Of a stretch of 64,000 nt of DNA, positions 56,595 through 64,000 are shown piece by piece. The stretch comes from Octopus vulgaris. Taxonomy: Eukaryota. The notes beneath the pieces are model-generated. The model saw nothing but the letters and a program-made list of their open reading frames with translations. It made no database searches and was not told the origin of the DNA. Numbering within the stretch: the first letter of the stretch is position 1; the number at the start of each line of letters is the position of its first letter. The stretch is from positions 75,516,001-75,580,000 of the forward strand of contig OX597818.1 in the NCBI GenBank assembly GCA_951406725.2, in the 5' to 3' direction. Position numbers and translations under genes: made by a program.

Positions 56595-56597
<3 letters not shown>

Positions 56598-56903
56598 CGT
56601 GATCACCGTGACCGACCAGGTTATCAGATGTTGCTACACATCGCTGGTCACAATGCGCCTCGCATTGTTTTAGCTTTCAAATGACGCCACCCCGCTGGCT
56701 AAGCGATCAGGCCAACGGAAGAAAGAGTGAGAGAGTGTTGTGGCGAAAGAGTACAGCAGGGATCGCCACCACTCCCTGCTGGAGCCTCGTGGAGCTTTAG
56801 GTGTTTTCGTTCAATAAACACTCACAGCGCCCGGTCTGGGAATCGAAACCGTGATCCTACGACCGCGAGTCCGCTACCGTAACCACTGGGCCATTGCGTC
56901 TCC
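56595..56903 (-). mobile_element. tRNA-derived SINE, family D
   Basis: Head ggagacgcaatggcccagtggtta (A box), ggtttcgattccc (B box); tail aagctaaaacaatgcgagg..attgtgaccagcg..aacatctgataa; ends (cacggtgat)2. Confidence 0.8.
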
Positions 56904-56907
56904 ATAC

Positions 56908-56969
<62 letters not shown>

Positions 56970-57129
56970 TATATATTTTTCAAATCCAGGCAGGGCCAAA
57001 CGAGATCCTACAAGTTATTTATAATAATAAGTGGCGTCATATCGGGGTTAAAAGAATGACGTGTACAATATTAAATATGCTAAAACAATCTGAAAACAAC
57101 GGAAACTTTTAAACGTTTACCGGTTTTTA

Positions 57130-57830
57130 TGAAAGGGACCTGGGTATCTACATGAGTAATGATACCTCATTCCAAGTGCACATCACCAGGATCGCGACAA
57201 ATTGCAGACGACTGGATTCTGAGAACATTCAGAACCAGAGAAACGGAAGCCATGATGGTTCCCTGGAGGACATTCATCTTCAGCTGCCTGGATTACTGCT
57301 CCCAGCTATGGTCACCAAACAGTGTAAAATTAACAGTGGACCTTAAAGCAATCCAGCGAAGCTTCACAAAGAAGAACGTCTCTTTGCAGCAGCTCAGCTA
57401 ATGGGAAAGGCTGAAACAGCTAAGAATCTACTGATGGAGCGAAGGTGGGAGAGGTATGCAGTAATATATATCTGGAAGATCCTGGAAGGAATTGTGCCAA
57501 ATTTTGGCATTGAAAGCTACACCAATGCCAGAACGTGTCGACACTGCACAGTGCCAAAGATCCCAGCAATGCCATCGCGTTTCAGGACCAGTTACTGCAA
57601 CAGTGTGGGTTTCAGGGGCCCAGAGCTTTTTAATATTCTCCCAAAGAACCTGAGGAACCTGCACAAAGTAGATGTAGGCGTTTTTAAATCAAGGCTGGAC
57701 CTCTTCCTGTCAAGAGTCCCAGACGAACCCGCCTCACGGCAATAAGTGCAAATGAGGGTAGCTACATCAAACTCCACTCTACACCAAGTGCCACATATTA
57801 GAGGAGCATCTCAGTAATGACAGTGTAGCA
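57130..57830 (+). mobile_element. CR1-group LINE 3' fragment
   Basis: ERDLGIYMSND..F..HI, LDYCSQLWSP, LKAIQRSFTK, ERRWERYAVIYIWKIL, RGPELFNILP..LR, FKSRLDLFL. Confidence 0.85.
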
Positions 57831-57913
57831 AAACGGCGTTGATATTTAAGGTCTATTCCATTATTAGAGTGCAAAGTACTTCCCTTCTCTGGATCTTTCC
57901 TTCTCCTATGTTT

Positions 57914-57943
57914 CTGACGAAGAGCTCCGCTCGAAACGTTAAG
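57914..57943 (+). ncRNA. Minimal hammerhead-like motif (Penelope-type)
   Basis: CTGACGA-a-gagc-tcc-gctc-GAAAC-GT-T-aag with palindromic ACGT stem III. Confidence 0.6.
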
Positions 57944-58037
57944 CCCTCCTTCTTTCCTTCTTTCCTGAGCGTCCAATAATACTATATTTGTTCCACGTCC
58001 TCGCATTGTTGTGTTTTTTGTGCTTTCTTGTTTGGAT

Positions 58038-58095
<58 letters not shown>

Positions 58096-58735
58096 AAATT
58101 TAAATTAACACTGCAAATAGAACTTTTCCTACGGTTGAACAATGGTTTTTCTCTGACAGTAGTTTTTACATTTTCCAGATGCCTTTAGCTAGGCCGAAAT
58201 AATGTCTTCACCACTTGGCCCTTATAACCTCTTCTGTCAGCAACTGTGAGACAACGTCCCACAACCCTACAACTCTCCCTAGCTCTAATTCTGTTCTCCT
58301 GCAACATCATTCTCTCAGTAATTACTACTGAACAATGAAGAGAATGCAAACATAAACTTTACTTCGCTTACTTTTGGATTTATCATAACCTGCCCGTCAA
58401 GGCAAGGTATTGTAACATAACGGTAAATAAATATTTCCTTAAAACTTCATGCATTGTTCATCTATATATTTCAGTATGACTTGTCGACCACCACTGAAAT
58501 TAATGAACCTTGTACATTCTAACAAATACAGTTTTAATTTCAAACTTACACCTTCTGTTTTTAACAGGATAATTTATCAACATTGAAACATTTTAATTTA
58601 ACAACATTGAAACATTTTAATTTAACAACATTGAAACATTTCAGTTTGTCAACATTGAAACTTATAACGATGTTTTTTTAATTTTACACTTTTACCATTG
58701 ATAAACGAAAAATATTGTTGAAACTAGTTTGGTAT

Positions 58736-59130
58736 ATCTTTATATATAAAAGTGAGGTTTTGTGCTGTCTGTCTCCTACGATTTAGATTCCTAACTACTC
58801 CCACATTTTGCGGTGCAGTTTAACCAAAACCGGGTATCTTATAGTCGTGATTCATATCGAGCCCTTCTGGGTATTAGCGCGCATCTACGATGAGTCTACG
58901 ATTAAAAAAAAAATTGACCATCAATTTTTCCCATTTTTAATGCATTTTTGGCATATATAAGGGAAGTAACTCTCTAAAAATTTATTATTAAATCTTAGAA
59001 GGTAAAAGCTACAGTAACACCCCCTTTGTGGTTAGCCATATTGGATGGCTATTATACTTTACATCTCTAAAAATGCTTATATAGTTATTTCCCTTACAAA
59101 CCCGAGCAACGCTAGGCGATACTGTTAGTA
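58736..59130 (+). mobile_element. Non-autonomous Helitron sharing its 3' end with 45110-45488
   Basis: 5' atctttatatataaaag..tgtctgtc; 3' ttatatagttatttcccttacaaacccgagcaacgctaggcgatactgttagt nearly matches the 45.4-kb copy. Confidence 0.75.
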
Positions 59131-59198
59131 TGTAAATAAATGTATTTTAAATATTTACGAGTTTTTGAAATTTAAGTGCATTTTCAACAACACATTTT

Positions 59199-59242
<44 letters not shown>

Positions 59243-59678
59243 TATGAAGTGTGTGTGTGTATGTGCGGACAGGTGTGCGTGTACATGTTTCCACCTTTAA
59301 GTAAGATCTAATTTTAAAGTATGTCACCTTAAATCACACAGCATTGTATGTCAAGGAAACAAATGACCTGCAGATGTCCTTTCACAGATTTGAGTTTTAT
59401 AATTATATCTTCTTCAGACTTTTATACTGTTCATCTTGCATTTAAAAACAGCTTATCTCATAATCAAAGCAACTTTTATGATACAAGTCGTAGTGGTGGT
59501 GGTGGGAAAATGGGGTAGGATGGGGGTGTCAGGTGTCTTCTAGAACCTGTGAGAAAAAATTAGGCCATGTGATCTGAGGTGTGAGTGTGTGCTTTGTGTA
59601 AATGTTTGAAAAGTATATATTACAAACAATAATGTGTGTTATGACTTACAGCCACATTGTATTATTTGTTCTTTGTTA

Positions 59679-60260
59679 AGGCGGCGAGCTGGCAGAAACG
59701 TTAGCACGCCGGGCGAAATACGTAGCTGTATTTCGTCTGTCGCTACGTTCTGAGTTCAAATTCCGCCGAGGTCGACTTTGCCTTTCATCCTTTCGGGGTC
59801 GATTAAATAAGTACCAGTTATGCACTGGGTTGATATAATCGACTTAATCCATTTGTCTGTCCTTGTTTGTCCCCTCTCTGTTTAGCCCCTTGTGGGTAGT
59901 AAAGAAATAGGTATTTCGTCTGCCGTTACGTTCTGAGTTCAAATTCCGCCGAGGTCGACTTTGCCTTTCATCCTTTCGAGGTCGATAAATTAAGTACCAG
60001 TTACGCACTGGGGTCGATGTGATCGACCTAATCCGTTTGTCTGTCCTTGTTTGTTCTCTCTGTGTTTAGCCCCTTGTGGGTAGTAAAGAAATAGATATTT
60101 CGTCTGTCTTTATACTCTGAGTTCAAATTCCGCCGTGGTCAACTTTGCCTTTCACCCTTTCAGGATCGATAAATTAAGTAAAAGTTGCATACTGGGGTCA
60201 ATCTAATCGACTGGGCCCCTCCGCCAAAATTTCGGGCTTTGTGCCTAGAGTAGAAAAGAT
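59679..60260 (+). mobile_element. SINE family B with its body tandemly triplicated
   Basis: ggcggcgagctggcagaaacgttagc head; gagttcaaattcc B box; core gactttgcctttcatcctttcggggtcgataaattaagtaccag repeated three times at about 185-bp spacing. Other copies near 860-1080(+), 19485-19675(-), 21780-21960(-), 25115-25330(-), 43145-43325(-). Confidence 0.85.
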
Positions 60261-61041
60261 TATTTGTTCCTTTGATATGGGCAGAATCAACGCAGCTGAT
60301 TATTTAGTGAACTCGATTACTGGCGTAACGGGAGTTGTTGTTTGTTAAAAGTGAGGGGGTGGGGTACAATTTGCATGGGTTTACATGAAAGTGTTTAAGA
60401 AGGATCACAAACTATATATTGTTTCATAGTAGAAGGGGAGGTTAATATGATTTTGCCCAGAAATCACGTTTTCAAAATTTTAGTTTCCTCCACCGCAATT
60501 TCTTAATTTAACTTTTTACGATCTTTTTTTATCCATGTAGAAAAATACAGAGATTACGAATCTGGGAAATACATATTTTTGTTAAGCTTAATTTTTCTTG
60601 AAGAAACACTCAATACCCCTTCCCCTATCACGCCCACCCATCACCTACCCACTTTCAAAAAGCTAAAAACACCCTATGTTTCATACATGCGTAGAATTGT
60701 ACTGAAATAGTAGACGTAAAAAAAAACATTAGAACACCACCAGAAAACCCCGACATGCTAGAAACAACAGGTAAACGACATTATTTCTGAAGAAACTTCC
60801 CCGTTTTCCAAAATGCTAAAAGTGAAACTTTGGGCGTTCATAGCTTTTTGAAAGTGGTGAGGTGATGGGTAGATGTTTGGGAAGGAGATTTTAGTGTTTC
60901 TTTAAGAAAAAAGAAAGAAGAAAATTCCTAAAGATTTGTACTCTCTCTTTTGTATATATGTGTGCGTGTGCATATGAGAGAGGGAGAGAGAGAGTGACTG
61001 TATTTCCTCATAACATATAAAGAAATGGATGTCTTTCAAGG

Positions 61042-61324
61042 CAGGGGCTTCTCAAACTATCTGATGTAACGGCAGTTTTGTCTTCCAATGTGCCAGGGTA
61101 ATATTTCTTAGTAATATTAATTTATACCAGAAACACTATATATAATGAATATAATAAAAGTTGACAATTTTTTTATCTTATATTTATTTTGTAAACAAAT
61201 AATACAATATTACGTAAGCATTTTATAATGTTACTTTCTTATCTGCAAACTCACCGCATACCAGTAGCCGATGGCTCATGGGATAGCACCAGTAGCTTTG
61301 AGTAGCGCTGTTCGAGTAGCTCTG
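61042..61324. mobile_element. hAT-type MITE
   Basis: caggggcttctcaaac ... ttgagtagcgctg and ttcgagtagctctg ends; near-identical 8-bp flanks tttcaagg / ttttaagg. Confidence 0.55.
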
Positions 61325-62149
61325 TTTTAAGGTACACACTCATAGAAAATGTGACGTCATCATTGTTAACGTGATATAAAATGTACGATAGTTGACTTAT
61401 AAAAAAGATTATAATGTAAAATTTTTGTAATGCAAATATGTAAATGAAAACAAAGTTTATTTGGTAGTCGTAAGATTACTGAATCTTTTGATATCCCATA
61501 CGTCAAAATCGGCAAGTCAGTTTTCGAATGCATAAGGATGATACACGCATGCATGCGCGCACATACACACACACACACAAACACTCGCTCACTCACATAC
61601 AAACTCTCTATTATATATTTATATGAAAGACGTCTCTATCTGTCATTCTCTGTCGGTCTCTCACAGTGTGTCAATCTCTTCCTGTCTCCTTCACTTCCCT
61701 GATATCAATAATCCTCATTGTGTCACATTTCCCAGACCCTAACATTTTTGCACCCCTCTTATTTTATCATGTAATAGCACAACCACCGTAGACAGTCCAT
61801 TATTGATTTTTATTGAAATTCAATTAGCCTGTAATTGAACTGTGTTAGTTCGACATGCTTACAAAGTTTGATGAAGATTGGTTCCTTGGTTTGGACAGCA
61901 AGATGGTAACAGACAGACAAGGAGACAAACAGAAATTGCCATTTATAAGTAAGATTATCATTATTATGCTATTTTTCGTTTGGCATTTAGTAGGTTACTC
62001 AACCATTTTCAGAAAGAGGTCACCTGTATGACATGTATGAAGTCACGTACAAGCACATTCTAACCTCTTGCCCACTGGTGCACTGTCTCTTCATTCAGCT
62101 TGTTCTACCACAATTATCTATAATAACCACAGCTCTGTAACGAAAGATT

Positions 62150-62900
62150 TTCTCATGCTTCTTTCACTCAGCTATTCTTGATTCGCTCATCTCTCCTCCT
62201 TCTCCCATAATCTTCCACGACCGGTATCTGCCACGACTACAATTTTGCTCGGCTTGATGAGTCTTCTTCTGAAGCCCGACATAATGCCAAAGGTCTCGGT
62301 CATTGCCTCCATGAGGACCAACACTTGAAAGGAACTCAGCCATTTTGACTCCGTGAGGCCCAACACTCGAAAGGAACTCAGCCACTTTGCCTGTGTGAGG
62401 CCTAATGTTCAAAAGATATCCTTTACGTGTCACCAGCACGGGTGCACTTGGATTGACGGGTACTCTCAAGCACAGCACATTGCCAAAGGTTTTAGTCACC
62501 AGTCATTGCCTCTGCGAGATTTAAAGTTCGATGATCATGCTTCACCACCTCAACCCATGTCTTCTTGGGTCTACCTCTATCACAGTTAAAGATCGGCACT
62601 TTTTACTCAGTTCTCCTCGTCCATACGCAAGACATGGCCATATCAGTACAATCGTCTCTCTTGCACACCACATCTGACTTCTCTTATGCCTAACTTTCCT
62701 CTCAAGATGCTTACACTCTGTCAAACATACACACTGACATTGCACATCCAGCGAAGCATACTGGCTTCATTTCTCTGAAGCCTACGCATGTCCTCGGCTT
62801 TCATAGCCCATGTTTCACTGCCATGCAGCATAGCTGTTCGCACATAGGCATCAAACAATCTGCCTTTCACTCTGAGAGAGAGAGAGAGGCCCTTTGTTGC
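62150..62900 (-). mobile_element. RTE LINE 3' fragment
   Basis: LSLRVKGRLFDAYVRTAMLHGSETWAMKAEDMRRLQRNEASMLRWMCNV..., then a WYGHV-like segment and 3' UTR. Confidence 0.8.
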
Positions 62901-62920
62901 CTGCAGGGATGGGTGCTTTC

Positions 62921-64000
62921 ATCTATTAGTATATAAAATGGACATGGGCGATCGTTGTATTCTTGTATTCTTTCTTTTGTCTTGAGGTTCACAGCCAAAC
63001 GGCTGGGTGGATTCGCGTGAAAAATGGCACACAGGTGGAGATGGGTCCATAGATTGTGCTGTCGTTTGTATTTTGTCATAGCTCCCATAGTTACCGAAAA
63101 AATCTATTAAAACTTTTTCTAATGGAATTCCCCATTCAAAGGTGTTTGCGCCTGCCATTCAGCCGTGCTTTGGGCGATTTTGATCAAACCAATTTTGTGA
63201 AATAGAGCGGTTTTTTTCTACAAATAGTGGGGAGGTTTGGCTTTTCAAAAATTTCGGTACAAAGGGAAGAAAAAATTAGGATTAAATTTTTTTTACTATT
63301 TTGCGCAAAACTGAGCGTAAAAACGCAGAAAGATTTATCGATTCACATGCAGCGAGAAGTTAGCAATGTATGCAAGCTGCTTCATGTCAAGAGGTGTCAA
63401 TCGATTTTTGTCTTAAGGTTACATGTATGATTGGATACTTATTAAGTCACTTAGCCTGCACAAGTTGAAATTGCTTGATCTGAGGTTCGAATACCAGCAA
63501 GCTCATATGCATTTTGAGCTTATAGGAATTGTAGACTAAAATCAATGTGGGAAAAATAATGAAAAATATTTATGCAACTATTTATGTTATACATTGACTA
63601 AAGTCATCTATTATATAAATTGGACATGGGCGATCGTTGTATTCTTGTCTATACATATAAATTTGACATGGGTGATTCTTTCTTGTCTTGGGATTCACGG
63701 TCAAACGGCTGGGTGGAATTGCGCGAAAAATTACACAGATGTGTAGAATGATCCGGTGGTGATGCTGGGTTTTCTATTTTTAATAGCTTCCATGGTTACC
63801 GAGATAATCGACTATAATAATACTCTTGTGTTTATGAGTGAGAAAGGAAGGGGTGATAGATAAATAAAGAAGGGATGCGTGATGTCATATTTTTTCATAG
63901 CTCCCATGGTTACCTAGATATTCTACAATAATAATACTTGTGTTTATGAATGAGAAAGGAGGGGGTGATAGATGAATAAGGATGGCAGGGGTGATGTCAT
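62921..64000 (+). mobile_element. Tandem or nested Helitron-like 5' segments with internal repeats
   Basis: atcta..tatataaa(a/t)tggacatgggcgatcgttgtattcttg at about 62921 and 63606, both followed by aaacggctgggtgga..cgcg; an about 117-bp unit repeats at 63780-64000. Confidence 0.55.

Overview
AT-rich, microsatellite-dense metazoan genomic DNA. The SINE repertoire and (TA)n/(CA)n/(ATG)n landscape look like an octopus (coleoid cephalopod); this is inferred from recalled repeat families, not from a search. One intact protein-coding gene is supported: mitochondrial sulfite oxidase (SUOX) on the minus strand in three coding exons (43935-43710, 37711-36747, 27542-27018; about 571 aa; phase-compatible GT-AG introns of about 6.0 and 9.2 kb). 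The rest is mostly decayed mobile DNA: a full-length hAT (SPIN/Buster-like) with an 8-bp TSD, Tc1/mariner copies, pogo-, piggyBac- and hAT-type MITEs, Helitron/Helentron derivatives, RTE, Tx1/L1 and CR1-like LINE fragments, and many tRNA-derived SINEs. The most notable non-obvious signals are (i) several unrelated short Penelope-like repeats carrying minimal type-I hammerhead ribozyme motifs, one family with a compensatory stem change, (ii) a cluster of long inverted repeats inside the SUOX transcription unit, (iii) an RTE ORF ending in three C2H2 zinc fingers, and (iv) an unidentified, internally duplicated, coding-like stretch at 14.9-17.5 kb. I found no clearly new multi-gene system. Most short ORFs in the track are microsatellite translations.
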